Source: Pseudomonadota bacterium
Lineage (GTDB): Bacteria; Pseudomonadota; Gammaproteobacteria; Steroidobacterales; JBCBZW01
Direction: 5' to 3'
Assembly: GCA_039815145.1 (NCBI GenBank)
Contig: JBCBZW010000030.1
Coordinates: 1-49,220 of the forward strand
DNA length: 49,220 bases
Both the position numbers and the translations under genes were made by a program. Shown piece after piece: positions 33,809-42,959 of this stretch. Under the pieces are notes generated by a model. The model was not told the DNA's origin, ran no database searches, and saw only the letters and a program-made list of their open reading frames with translations. Position 1 is the first letter of the stretch; every line of letters begins with the position of its first letter.

Positions 33809-34733
33809 CGCCCTTCAGCCAGTCCGCCACCAGGGAGGCGGTGCGCGGGTGGATCAGGTAGCCGAGGGCGTTGTGCGGGTTGGGGCGCCCGTAGCGCCGC
33901 GCCAGGTTGAACACGCCGAAATCTTCGAGACGGCTGATGTAACGGTTGGCGATCATGGGTTCGAAATCGTTGGCTACGGTCATGTCGTGGCACACGTAGT
34001 CGTCTTCGGCGGCCACGTTGAACCAATGGGTGACGTTGCGGGGGTAGCGCTCCTCCACCTTGCGGGTGGCACCCAGCATGCCCTTGCGCACGGCGTCGCT
34101 CGCCAACGGCGAGCCCACCGTCAGCAGCACCTTCAGCTTGTGCTGGGGGGCGGGGTCGCGGTGGGAGAGTAGCCACAGGGACTCGAAGGCGACCACGCTG
34201 CCCATGCAGTGGGCCAGCAACAGCGTGTCTTCGCCGTTCTCCAGCGCTGGGCGCAGCACGGCGAGCAGGCGCTCGCGAATCTCCGTGGCGAAGGTCTGGT
34301 TGCGGCGGTAGGCGAGCAGCTCCGGCGCCAGCTTGCCGATGAAGGGGTCTTCGGCCCGCAGCGTATTCGCAAACGGCGCGGTTAGGTTGGCGAGCAGCTT
34401 GCTCTTCCCGGAGCGCCGCTTCATTCGGTAGTAGTACTGACTGCGGAATTGCTTGGTGTTGTCGAGGGCCGCCAATTCGGCCAGGGCGGTTTGCAGGTCG
34501 GCGAGATCGAGCTGCGCGTCGCACTTGCGTCCTAGGCCATCGAGCACGGGCTGAAGCAGGTCGCCGTAGTACACGAAGCTCGTGGTGACGGTGTCGAGCT
34601 TGGCCAGCTGCTTGGGATGATCGCGCTCGATGCCCCGTCGCAGGGCTTGCTGCCAGAGCGGTTCGAGTTCCTCCCGGGGGGGCTTGCGGCCGCGGCCATG
34701 GACCAGAATGAGGTGCTGTTTAGCGTCGGCCAT
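33786..34733 (-). CDS. alpha/beta-hydrolase-fold protein of unknown function
   Basis: 315 aa. LILVHGRG and the nucleophile-elbow-like LLAHCMGSVVAF are present. It overlaps the downstream gene's stop by 23 bp. Confidence 0.6.
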   Translation of the reverse strand: MADAKQHLILVHGRGRKPPREELEPLWQQALRRGIERDHPKQLAKLDTVTTSFVYYGDLLQPVLDGLGRKCDAQLDLADLQTALAELAALDNTKQFRSQYYYRMKRRSGKSKLLANLTAPFANTLRAEDPFIGKLAPELLAYRRNQTFATEIRERLLAVLRPALENGEDTLLLAHCMGSVVAFESLWLLSHRDPAPQHKLKVLLTVGSPLASDAVRKGMLGATRKVEERYPRNVTHWFNVAAEDDYVCHDMTVANDFEPMIANRYISRLEDFGVFNLARRYGRPNPHNALGYLIHPRTASLVADWLKGATRGSAV

Positions 34734-35574
34734 AGCGCGCCAGTCGGCCCCGTTGCTTTCCGCCCTCGTCGGCGATCATGACCAGTCCATCCTCAGCGAG
34801 TGCGAGTCCCTCACTTTGACGGTGCAGGGAGGCGAAAGGTAACGGTTGCGCTTCGAGCAGGGTGAGCCTTCCCGATGCGTCCACGGCGAGCCGGGCCACG
34901 GCTTGCTGGCGGGCGGCCAGCAACCAGAGGCTGCCATCGCGCCGGTCGATGGCCACCGCCGAGGGTTGGAAGTCCTCGGTGCCCACGGCGGCGGCGAGTA
35001 TATCCTCGTCGATGCTGGAGGAGGTGAGATCGTCGCCCGCCAGGGACCAGCGGTAGAGGCGTACCTCCCGTTTTCGGCCCCGTTCCAGCACGCGCTTGCA
35101 GGCCAGGAGCAGGGCGTCGCCCTGCCGATCGTAGGCGAGGCCCTCGAATTCGCAGCGCTTGCCGAGGCCGGTATCGCGGCGGGCGCCGACGGTGGTGGCG
35201 CCGTCCTCGACCGGTGCAAAGCGCAGCAGGACGCCGTCGCTGGTGAGCGCGTAGAGCGTTTCGCCCACCGCGGCCAGGCCTTCGAAGTCGCCGCGCAGGA
35301 CGGGGTTGCCGACGGCGAAGCGTCGGCGGATGCCGCCGTCCTCGTAGTCGATCTCGTACACCACCGCCTGTTCGTCGTCGATGGCGAACAAGCGCTGCTG
35401 GGCATCGAGGGCGAGGCCCGAGATCTCGCGCAGGCCGTCGGGCAACGTCCATTGCAGCGGCGCCTTGGCGCCCAAGCGCACCTGTACCTCGCCGGCGCCC
35501 TCGGGGGCGGTTGGACGGGCGCAAGCGGCGGCGATCATCGAGAGGCCGGCGAGCAGGGCTAGCGCCGTGCGCAT
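34720..35574 (-). CDS. SdiA-regulated-domain (YjiK-like) beta-propeller lipoprotein
   Basis: ORF 34720..35622. ATG at 35574 gives the lipoprotein signal MRTALALLAGLSMIAAAC. Repeated EGLA motifs (ISGLALD, FEGLAAV, FEGLAYD, SEGLALA) are typical of PF06977. Confidence 0.6.
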   Translation of the reverse strand: MRTALALLAGLSMIAAACARPTAPEGAGEVQVRLGAKAPLQWTLPDGLREISGLALDAQQRLFAIDDEQAVVYEIDYEDGGIRRRFAVGNPVLRGDFEGLAAVGETLYALTSDGVLLRFAPVEDGATTVGARRDTGLGKRCEFEGLAYDRQGDALLLACKRVLERGRKREVRLYRWSLAGDDLTSSSIDEDILAAAVGTEDFQPSAVAIDRRDGSLWLLAARQQAVARLAVDASGRLTLLEAQPLPFASLHRQSEGLALAEDGLVMIADEGGKQRGRLARYGRR

Positions 35575-35586
35575 GGCCCTGGTGGT

Positions 35587-35728
35587 CTGTAATAGCTGAA
35601 TCCGGGCCGTTGAGTGAGTCATTGATTTGCGAGATGAAGGCGCGCTGACGACGAATAGCCTGCACTATTCGGAGGAGGCGCAACGCGCATATCGTGAATC
35701 AAGGGCTTGCTCAACGGTCCGGATTCAG
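35587..35728. repeat. palindromic MITE/REP-like repeat element, copy C (142 bp)
   Basis: Terminal inverted repeats ctgtaatagctgaatccgggccgttgagtgag / tcaacggtccggattcagctgttacag. The core is about 80% identical to the reverse complement of copy A (gcgcgttgcgcctcctccgaatag ... cgtcagcgcgccttcatctcgc ... aatgactcactca). It lies between two minus-strand genes. Confidence 0.8.
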
Positions 35729-35741
35729 CTGTTACAGGCCA

Positions 35742-36386
35742 CTACAGCTCCTCGTCGCGGGCGTCACGGCCGGAGAGGAAGTTCTGCAATCGCGACGAGG
35801 GGTCCGAGCCGTACTCGGTGATCCAAAGGCCGAGGGCCACGTAGACGAAGGCGATGGACGTGACCAGCCCAACGCCTAGCGCCGCCACGCCCGCGCCCAG
35901 CCCCACCACGATAGCGAGGAAGATGTATAGCGAGTGCACCGGGTCTTCCAGCGTGAAGCGAAAGCGTACAGCAGCGAATATTCCTGCTAGGCTGAAGGCG
36001 AGCGCCAGGCTGTTGGCCACGATCATCGCCGTGCCGGCCACCACGATGGGCAGCATCACGATGGTGAACAGGAAGGACTGATCCAGCTTCTTAGGTTTGG
36101 TGGTCATGAGGTACACCCACGAGACGGGCAACATGACCAGGGTGGCGCCGGCGATCGCCACCGCCAGGCGCACGGCGTCGAAGCCGCGGGCGAGGCCGGA
36201 GGCGACGTTCGAGGTGACCACCTCGAAGGAGTTGGCGCCGCTCGCCGCCAGGGCGTCCAGTCCCCCGAAGGGCAGCCAGGGCGCCCAGTCAGGACGGTGG
36301 GTGACCGCCCATACGAGCGACAGCAGCGCCGTGTAGTAGCAGGTGATGAGGAAGATGGGGCCGGCGGTGCGGTTCAGGCGGCGCAT
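35742..36386 (-). CDS. DUF4956-family membrane protein
   Basis: 214 aa, multi-TM. FSLAGIFAAVRFRFTLEDPVHSLYIFLAIVVGLGAG matches the DUF4956 signature region (AFGLFAIFSIIRYRTEPIPIKEMTYLFV, by recall). It starts 3 bp after the upstream gene. Confidence 0.6.
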   Translation of the reverse strand: MRRLNRTAGPIFLITCYYTALLSLVWAVTHRPDWAPWLPFGGLDALAASGANSFEVVTSNVASGLARGFDAVRLAVAIAGATLVMLPVSWVYLMTTKPKKLDQSFLFTIVMLPIVVAGTAMIVANSLALAFSLAGIFAAVRFRFTLEDPVHSLYIFLAIVVGLGAGVAALGVGLVTSIAFVYVALGLWITEYGSDPSSRLQNFLSGRDARDEEL

Positions 36387-36389
36387 GGC

Positions 36390-38174
36390 TCATCGACCTC
36401 GGTAGTGGCCGAGGAGGGCGCTGCGGCGAGCCTCCAGGGCGCGCAGTTGGGGTTTGTTCAGCAGGGCGCTGAGGGTCTGCTCTTGGAACGCCTCATCCAT
36501 TTGCTCGAGCAACGCGATGGCGACCTCGGCGGGCATGTCCGGCGCGGCGACCTCGTTGGCGCCAGCGGTGAAGGCATCGTCATGCCCGGTCAAGCGGATC
36601 GAGTACCCGGGCCTCGAGTAAGCGATTTCCTCGGCCCGCCGTGGGTGGCCGATCAGCGCGTCGAACAGGCGAACCAGGGCGAAGGGATGGCCCGCGCCGC
36701 AGTAGTTGGGCACGTTGCGCTTGGTTCGCTTGCGTTCGGGTTCGCTCAGCCAAGTGCCTTCGTTCAGACGTATGAGGACGCCCTCGCGCCCCTCGCCGCG
36801 TTCGGTCACCAAGGGCACGAAGCCGAGGCCGAGACGCTGGTCGATGCGTTGGGCGGCGATCATGCGCCGGCGCGCACGGTTGCCCACGCTGAGTACCTCG
36901 ACCTCGGCTTGGGCGTCATCCAACTGCAGGGTGTTTGCCCCGGTGCCCCCTTCGATCGCCAGGTGTCCACTCTCGAAGAGTCGCTGGAGGCGGTCGGCGT
37001 CCTTGCCGCCGAAGATGGCCGGTGCTTCGGCGAGGACAGTGTCCTGTTCGCCGTCCGGGGAGAGCACGCGCGGTGCCTGGCCTTGCTCCAACAGCAGCGC
37101 TCGGGGTTGGCCGCCGTAGTACCGGTTGAGCATGCCGGTGTCGAGCAGCAGGACGCGTCCGTCGAGGCGTGAGCGAATCCTGTGATCCGCCTGAGGGGTG
37201 TGGCCGATGGCGACCCGTTGCGCCCCTAGGTGCGCGAGCGCCCGCGCCAGGGGAGCCTTCTCCAGCGCCGGGTGGCAGGCGGCATTGCCGCGATACCACA
37301 GGGGGCCTCGACCGCTGAAGAGCCCCGCGTTGGCGACCCGCTGCAGCGACTCGCGCAGCGACTTCGCCGAAGGCGGCAGGCTAGCCAATCCATCAGGTGT
37401 GCCGAGGTCGACGACGTTGCGGTCGAGCAGGTCGGCGCGCTGTAGTGATTTTTCGGCGCGTAGGGCCGTCGCTTCGCGCAGCGTCGCGTTGAGCGCCGGT
37501 ACCCACTCGGCGGCGGGCGAAGAGAGGGCCTGGGGGTACAGGCCGCCGTGCACGAAGGCGGTATCGTTGATAACGGCAATGATCGGCTTGCCGAGGAGCC
37601 AGCGGCCGTAGCGGCCCTTGGGCGAGAAGGCTTCGCGGTGGGCGAAGAAGCCTGGTGGGCGCTCGCGGATCACGGCCTCGTCGCGCTTGGCGCCGCGGGT
37701 GCGCTGCAGGGCCGCTTCGCGCAGGGCGTCGTCCCGCGGGCCTGCGAAGGCGGAGTACTCCTCCTCGGCGACGTAGCGCAGGTCGCCGGTCAGGTTCATC
37801 TGCTCGTGATTGCCGATCACCACGTGCACGCGCCCGCCCGCGGCCTCGGCCTCGCCCTCGAGCTTGATGAGCAGGTCCATCACTCGCCGCGACTCGGGAC
37901 CGCGATCGAGCAGGTCACCGAGGCTCACCAGGTGGGTCTGTCCGCCGATCCACCTATCGTCGCCGTCGATGATCTCGGCGAAGGTGAGCAGGGTGTGCAG
38001 GGCGTCGTAATCGCCGTGCACATCGCCGAAGGCGATGACCCGTTCCACGCCCTGCCAGCGCCAATCGGGCGCCTCGTCAGCGACCGCGCCGGCGCAGGCC
38101 AGGAAGAGGGTCCATAGCGCAGCGGTGACCGTCTTCCAGCCGCGGGTGCATCGCGTTGTGCCTCGAGCGCTCAA
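36390..38174 (-). CDS. secreted calcineurin-like metallophosphoesterase with a large C-terminal extension
   Basis: ORF 36390..38267. No in-frame ATG precedes the signal peptide. TTG at 38174 with GGAGAGG upstream gives MSARGTTRCTRGWKTVTAALWTLFLACAGAVA. GDVHGDYDAL, GDLLDRGP and GNHE metallophosphoesterase motifs are present. The start is uncertain. Confidence 0.75.
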   Translation of the reverse strand: MSARGTTRCTRGWKTVTAALWTLFLACAGAVADEAPDWRWQGVERVIAFGDVHGDYDALHTLLTFAEIIDGDDRWIGGQTHLVSLGDLLDRGPESRRVMDLLIKLEGEAEAAGGRVHVVIGNHEQMNLTGDLRYVAEEEYSAFAGPRDDALREAALQRTRGAKRDEAVIRERPPGFFAHREAFSPKGRYGRWLLGKPIIAVINDTAFVHGGLYPQALSSPAAEWVPALNATLREATALRAEKSLQRADLLDRNVVDLGTPDGLASLPPSAKSLRESLQRVANAGLFSGRGPLWYRGNAACHPALEKAPLARALAHLGAQRVAIGHTPQADHRIRSRLDGRVLLLDTGMLNRYYGGQPRALLLEQGQAPRVLSPDGEQDTVLAEAPAIFGGKDADRLQRLFESGHLAIEGGTGANTLQLDDAQAEVEVLSVGNRARRRMIAAQRIDQRLGLGFVPLVTERGEGREGVLIRLNEGTWLSEPERKRTKRNVPNYCGAGHPFALVRLFDALIGHPRRAEEIAYSRPGYSIRLTGHDDAFTAGANEVAAPDMPAEVAIALLEQMDEAFQEQTLSALLNKPQLRALEARRSALLGHYRGR

Positions 38175-38319
38175 GCAGCCTCTCCGTGTCCGTAGCGATC
38201 GTGATGGCCGTTGGGCGTAGCGTGACGCCTCAGGCAGGGTCAAGTCCACTAGGGAAGCTCTCCACAAGTCCGCCCACTATGCCTGCGCACCAGCGGCGCG
38301 ATCTCAGCGTTGCGCAAAG

Positions 38320-38345
38320 CCACCTGTAGCTGCGGCTACAGATGG
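38320..38345. promoter_or_regulatory. 26-bp near-perfect palindrome in a divergent promoter region
   Basis: ccacctgtagctgcggctacagatgg lies between the metallophosphoesterase start and the start of gene 38536. It is a candidate operator. Its ends resemble the cctgta...tacagg termini of repeat copy C. Confidence 0.4.
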
Positions 38346-38535
38346 CTTCACGCGCCTCGATCTCACGTCGCTGGAAGCACAGGGCTGGCGGCCCGACTTA
38401 TGAGCTTCCCAGCCGACGCTACCCTGGGCGTGCGCCGCTCGGCGGCAGCGCGTCGAAAGGGATGGCCGCGGTGCGTAAGCTAAGCGACCTGCTGAGCCTG
38501 GCGAAGGAACTGATTTGCGAACCCTCGTGCTACTG

Positions 38536-39702
38536 ATGGTGGTGTTGCTGCTATTGCTGCTGGGACTCGTCGGTTGGTTCGGGGGTTCCGTGGGCGCGGG
38601 GCTATCGGTGCCGCCCACGGTGATGACGTCCGACGATGCGCAAGCGACCTCTTCCCCTGCGCCCGTGCAGCCAGCGGAAGCTCCCCAGCAACAGGAAGAC
38701 GCTGACTGCGCCCGCGCGAAGGGTATCCAGGCGCGCTTGAGCGACATGATGGGGCGCAGCTTATCGTTCATGTTGGCGGCGCAGGATTCGCTGATGGGTG
38801 AGGTCGATCGCTGGCCCGCCCAGCTCGAGGGCAGCACGGACCCGGAGGCCCTCTACGTGGCCGCGGGCGGTGGGCTGGGTAGCAATCTCGACTTGATGCC
38901 CATCGGCGAGAGAGTCGCGCGCTTGAATGCCGCCCTCGCCGTGGACGCCACTAACCCGATGTACCTCTCGTCGCTCCTGAACCTCTGCCGTCAGCATCCT
39001 TCAATCGCCGGTTGCGATCTCCCTGATGTGGAGCGTCGCCTCGCTGAGTTCGATGGCGACAACGGCCTTAGCTGGGCGCTCATCGGCGCCAGCTGCGCGG
39101 CGCGCGAGGACGTACCTTGCGTCGTCGAGGCGATGGAGCGCGCATCGCAGGCACCCAACTTCCGCGACTACTACCTCGATCGCGTTTTGCTGGCGGAGCG
39201 GGTAATGGGGGCGGCGGGGTTGAGCTTCCCGATGCGTTCTATGGCGTCCTTTGGATTTGCTGCGAGTGACTTGCTATCAGGCGCGGACTCCATCCGCGCC
39301 TGTCGCGTGGCCGAATCCCCGCAGCTGGACTATGCGTGTTTTCGTTTCGGTCAGCGCTTGGAGGCGCAGGCCCACATCATGATCACGCAGCTGCATGGTC
39401 GGGCCGTGTTGGCCGACGCCTCGAAGCGACTCGGCGATGAACAGGTGCTCAACGGGCTTGCCGAGCGCGGCCAGCGCTCGAACGATGCGCTCGCCGCGGC
39501 GTTCGGCGACGAGGAGCAGGCCGTGACCAACGATGTGTTCTCGGCCCGCCTGCTCTGGGATCGGGAGTTCTTCCTCGAATTCGTGGCCCACATGCGGGAG
39601 GTGGGCGAGCGCCAGGCCTATCTCGACGGCGCTACGGGCTGGGGCACGGGGCCATCGCACTGCCTCACGCCGATGGCGCCCCTGATGGAGGACGATACCT
39701 GA
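38536..39702 (+). CDS. hypothetical protein with an N-terminal membrane anchor
   Basis: ORF 38515..39702 (TTG). ATG at 38536 gives MVVLLLLLLGLVGWFGG. Multiple Cys. No recognised domain. Confidence 0.6.
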   Translation: MVVLLLLLLGLVGWFGGSVGAGLSVPPTVMTSDDAQATSSPAPVQPAEAPQQQEDADCARAKGIQARLSDMMGRSLSFMLAAQDSLMGEVDRWPAQLEGSTDPEALYVAAGGGLGSNLDLMPIGERVARLNAALAVDATNPMYLSSLLNLCRQHPSIAGCDLPDVERRLAEFDGDNGLSWALIGASCAAREDVPCVVEAMERASQAPNFRDYYLDRVLLAERVMGAAGLSFPMRSMASFGFAASDLLSGADSIRACRVAESPQLDYACFRFGQRLEAQAHIMITQLHGRAVLADASKRLGDEQVLNGLAERGQRSNDALAAAFGDEEQAVTNDVFSARLLWDREFFLEFVAHMREVGERQAYLDGATGWGTGPSHCLTPMAPLMEDDT

Positions 39703-39705
39703 GGG

Positions 39706-40074
39706 CTACCGCAGCTGCTCTTCGACGGAGCGGGTTTGCGAGGTCACCTTATCGCCCGTGTGCAGGGTCGACTTGCGCTCGATCAGCATCACCTGGCATT
39801 CCTCTTCGGCGATCGGGTTGTGCATCACCCCGCGCGGCACCACGTAGAGATCGCCCGGGTTGAGCACCACCGTCTCGTCCTCCAGCTCGATCTTCAGCTG
39901 GCCGCTGAGCACGTAGAACAGTTCGTCCTCGTCCTCGTGGCAATGCCAGGTGAAGGTGCCGTGCAGGCGCGCCACCTTCACGTAGTGCTCGTCGAAGGCC
40001 GCGACCACTCGCGGTGACCAGGTGTCTTCGAGACCGGCGGCAACGGTCTTGGGGCTGATCGCTGATGTGCTCAT
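39706..40074 (-). CDS. cupin-domain protein
   Basis: ORF 39706..40251; ATG at 40074 with GAGGAG upstream. Cupin motifs HCHEDEDELFYVLSG and PRGVMHN are present. Confidence 0.75.
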   Translation of the reverse strand: MSTSAISPKTVAAGLEDTWSPRVVAAFDEHYVKVARLHGTFTWHCHEDEDELFYVLSGQLKIELEDETVVLNPGDLYVVPRGVMHNPIAEEECQVMLIERKSTLHTGDKVTSQTRSVEEQLR

Positions 40075-40144
40075 CGGTGCGGACTCCTCAGGCGCGACTA
40101 CGCCGGCTACTATGCCATCGAGCATTAGCGGAGGGGACACGAAG

Positions 40145-40714
40145 ATGAGTGCGACGCCGATCGTGCTGCGCACGCCACGGCTGCTCATGCGCCAATGGCG
40201 TGAGGAGGACCTGGCGGTGCTGATCGCCATGGGCGAGAGTCCCAAGGTCATGGCGCACTACCCCTCCACCCTCACGCCCGTGCAGTGCGAGGCCATGTGG
40301 CAGCGCCTATACGAGGGTATCGCCGAGCGGGGTTGGGGCCTTTGGGCCACCGAAAGACTGGATACAGGCGAGCTGATCGGGTTCGTCGGCATCACACCGC
40401 CTCGGCACCGTACGCCCTACGATCCCTGCATTGAGATCGGTTGGCGCCTGCTGGAGAGCCATTGGAGGCAAGGGTTCGCCACCGAAGCCGCCCAGGCGGC
40501 GCTGCGCTTCGGCTTCGAGGAACTCGCCCTGGGCGAGATCCTGGCGTGGACCTCCTTGGGCAACCAGCGATCGCAGGCGGTGATGGAGCGCCTCGGCATG
40601 ATCCGCGACGAGACGACCTTCGAGCATCCGGCGCTACCGCCCGGCAGCCATCTGCGCGAGCACTGCGTGTATCGACTGAGCGTCGCGCGCTGGCGTGAGG
40701 CGCCCCCCCACTGA
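40145..40714 (+). CDS. GNAT-family N-acetyltransferase (RimJ/RimL-like)
   Basis: ORF 40022..40714; ATG at 40145 with GGAGG upstream. TPRLLMRQWREEDL, WGLWATERLDTGELIGFVGI and the RQGFATEA acetyl-CoA-binding motif are present. Confidence 0.8.
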   Translation: MSATPIVLRTPRLLMRQWREEDLAVLIAMGESPKVMAHYPSTLTPVQCEAMWQRLYEGIAERGWGLWATERLDTGELIGFVGITPPRHRTPYDPCIEIGWRLLESHWRQGFATEAAQAALRFGFEELALGEILAWTSLGNQRSQAVMERLGMIRDETTFEHPALPPGSHLREHCVYRLSVARWREAPPH

Positions 40715-40719
40715 GACCA

Positions 40720-40941
40720 CTAGTAGTGCGGGGGCGGCGCGTCGTCCTCGCGCTGAGGTGACGCCGCGTCTTGCAGGGCTTCGCGCAGGCGGGTGTTGAG
40801 GTGCTCGATCTGCTGGCGCAGGGCGGCGATGTCGCGCGCCTGCTGGGCGAGGACATCGCTCAGGGTGTTTTGAGCGTCCTCCTGGAAGGCCTGGCGGCTT
40901 TCCAGGTCGGCGAGTCGCCGTTCCACCTCGCTGTCGTTCAT
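40720..40941 (-). CDS. slyX: SlyX-family protein
   Basis: ORF 40720..41037. ATG at 40941 gives a 73-aa coiled-coil protein. MNDSEVERRLADLESRQAFQEDAQNTLSDVLAQQ is typical of SlyX. Confidence 0.8.
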   Translation of the reverse strand: MNDSEVERRLADLESRQAFQEDAQNTLSDVLAQQARDIAALRQQIEHLNTRLREALQDAASPQREDDAPPPHY

Positions 40942-41054
40942 CCGCGCTTCCTCGTATCGCCGGGAACTAAGGATAGTACCGGGGCTGGAGGCTCTCGTTC
41001 GAGCGCCACGGTGGGTTAGGCTGCGCGGCGTACTCACTCGAAGTTGATCGCCCC

Positions 41055-41840
41055 ATGTTCACCCACGCCATCGTCCGCCCGCCCGCCGCCAACCTCACCC
41101 AGGCCCTGACCACGAGCTCCCCCCTGGGGGTGCCCGACCCGGCCTTGGCGGCGCGTCAGCATCAGGCCTATGTGGAGGCCCTGACGCGCTGTGCGATGGA
41201 GGTGCACCGCCTGGAGCCCGCGGCGGACTTCCCCGACGGCCCCTTCGTCGAGGACACCGCCCTGCTCACGCCGCGAGGCGCGGTGATCACCCGGCCGGGC
41301 GCGCCGTCCCGTCGCGACGAGGCGGCCCTGAATCGGCCAGCGATCGAAGGCTACTTCGATGAGGTGTTCGCGATCGAAGCCCCGGGCACGCTGGACGCGG
41401 GCGATGTGATGATGGTGGGCGATCACTACTACGTGGGCCTCTCCGAGCGCACCAACGCGGAGGGCGCGCGACAACTCGGCGCGATCCTCGCCCGTTGGGG
41501 CTACGCGGCCAGCACGGTCCCCCTCGCGGACGGCCTTCACCTCAAGAGCAGCGTGAGCTACCTCGAGCACGGCCACCTGCTCATCACCGAGGCCCTCGCC
41601 GGCCAACCGGCCTTCGCGTTGTTTACGCAGGTGATCGTGCCGGAGGAGGAGACCTACGCCGCCAACACCCTGTGGGTGAATGAGACCCTGCTGGTGGCCG
41701 AGGGCTTCCCGCGTACGCTGGCGCGACTTCGTGATGCCATGGCGTTGCCGATCATCACCTTAGGCATGGGCGAATTCGAGAAGGTGGACGGTGGCCTTAG
41801 CTGCCTGTCCCTACGCTTTCGCCCCACGCGCTCAGCGTGA
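41055..41840 (+). CDS. dimethylarginine dimethylaminohydrolase (DDAH) / amidinotransferase-superfamily protein
   Basis: 261 aa. The amidinotransferase fold ends with a catalytic-Cys context (GGLSCLSLRF). MFTHAIVRPP and DVMMVGDHYYVGLSERTN are typical of DDAH. Confidence 0.75.
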   Translation: MFTHAIVRPPAANLTQALTTSSPLGVPDPALAARQHQAYVEALTRCAMEVHRLEPAADFPDGPFVEDTALLTPRGAVITRPGAPSRRDEAALNRPAIEGYFDEVFAIEAPGTLDAGDVMMVGDHYYVGLSERTNAEGARQLGAILARWGYAASTVPLADGLHLKSSVSYLEHGHLLITEALAGQPAFALFTQVIVPEEETYAANTLWVNETLLVAEGFPRTLARLRDAMALPIITLGMGEFEKVDGGLSCLSLRFRPTRSA

Positions 41841-42896
41841 CGAGGTCAGCGCCAGGGTGACCAGCAGCGGCAGGTGATCGCTGAGTTCCCCAGCCTCGTG
41901 GTACACGCGCGCCTCGCGTACCTCGAAGCCCGTGCCGACCAGGGCGTGGTCGAGCGTGCGCGAGGGTTCGGTGGACGGGAAGGTGTAGTGGGCGCTCGGG
42001 TTGCGACGGTAGTCGCGCGCGGACACCACGTCGCGTATCTCCCCGATACTGCGCAGCATCAGCAAGGTCTCATCGCCGAGGAAGTTCGCCGTCGGCTGGT
42101 CGACGAAGCCGGCCTGCACGGGCGCTTCCGGCGGTAGCGCATTGAAGTCTCCCGCCAGCACCGTGAGCGCCGGCACCTGCCCGCGCAGGCGCTCGGCCAA
42201 CATCCATGCTTGGCGCACCCGGTTGACGCCGTCGAAGGCCTCCAGGTGCAGGTTGAGCAGTTGCACTTCGCCGAGGGGCGTCGCCGCCTTCACCTCCTGC
42301 GCGTAGCGAAAGAGGTAGAACAGGTTGTAGTGCGGTGCGTTGCTCTCGGGCTTTGGCAGTAGCTCTACCCGATGATCGCTCAGGGGGAAGCGACTCAGGA
42401 TGGCGCCGCCCGAGGACATGCGGCCGAAGTGATCGGCGGGTGGCCAGTAGGGGAAAGGCACCCAGTTGGCACGCCAGCTCACCGCCTCGGCCACGTAGGG
42501 CAGGCCGGCGGCCTCGGCGATCGCGCGGGCCTGATTCTGGTGATAGCTGCGCGTAGCGTCGAAGTCGATTTCCTGCAGCAGCACGATGTCCGCGCTCGCC
42601 TCGCGCACGACGGCCGCCATCGCCGCCATCGTCTGCTCGAAGTGCTCCTTCGGCTTCTTCGGTCCCGCACCGGCCGAGCCCTCACCGTAGCCCCAAGCGA
42701 CGTTCCAGATCAGCAGTCGCAGCGTTTGCGTGTCGTGGGGCGTTGTCGGCGTCAGCGCGTCGACTTGCGTTACCGCTGCCTCGAAGGTCTTCGGCGGTTG
42801 CAGGCCGCCCGCCATCCACAGGACGGCCATGAGGAGCAGGCCGGGCATCAGGGCCAAGGCGATCGCTGCGTAGCGAAGACGAAAGCGTATGCGCAT
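41832..42896 (-). CDS. endonuclease/exonuclease/phosphatase (EEP) family protein with N-terminal membrane anchor or signal
   Basis: ORF 41832..42935; ATG at 42896. LLIWNVAWGYG, LLQEID and a C-terminal SDHLPL motif are present. There is a 9-bp convergent overlap with the DDAH gene. Confidence 0.75.
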   Translation of the reverse strand: MRIRFRLRYAAIALALMPGLLLMAVLWMAGGLQPPKTFEAAVTQVDALTPTTPHDTQTLRLLIWNVAWGYGEGSAGAGPKKPKEHFEQTMAAMAAVVREASADIVLLQEIDFDATRSYHQNQARAIAEAAGLPYVAEAVSWRANWVPFPYWPPADHFGRMSSGGAILSRFPLSDHRVELLPKPESNAPHYNLFYLFRYAQEVKAATPLGEVQLLNLHLEAFDGVNRVRQAWMLAERLRGQVPALTVLAGDFNALPPEAPVQAGFVDQPTANFLGDETLLMLRSIGEIRDVVSARDYRRNPSAHYTFPSTEPSRTLDHALVGTGFEVREARVYHEAGELSDHLPLLVTLALTSSR

Positions 42897-42959
42897 GGAT
42901 GTCAGGTCTCGTCGAGCCGTTCGAGCTGAAGACAAAGGCCCTGGTGAGCGAAGGGCGGA

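Noticed and set aside
34811-35683. 290-aa minus-strand ORF overlapping the YjiK-like gene in another frame and extending into repeat copy C
   Set aside because: The alternative frame has EGLA repeats and a lipoprotein signal. This frame is Arg/Gly-rich.
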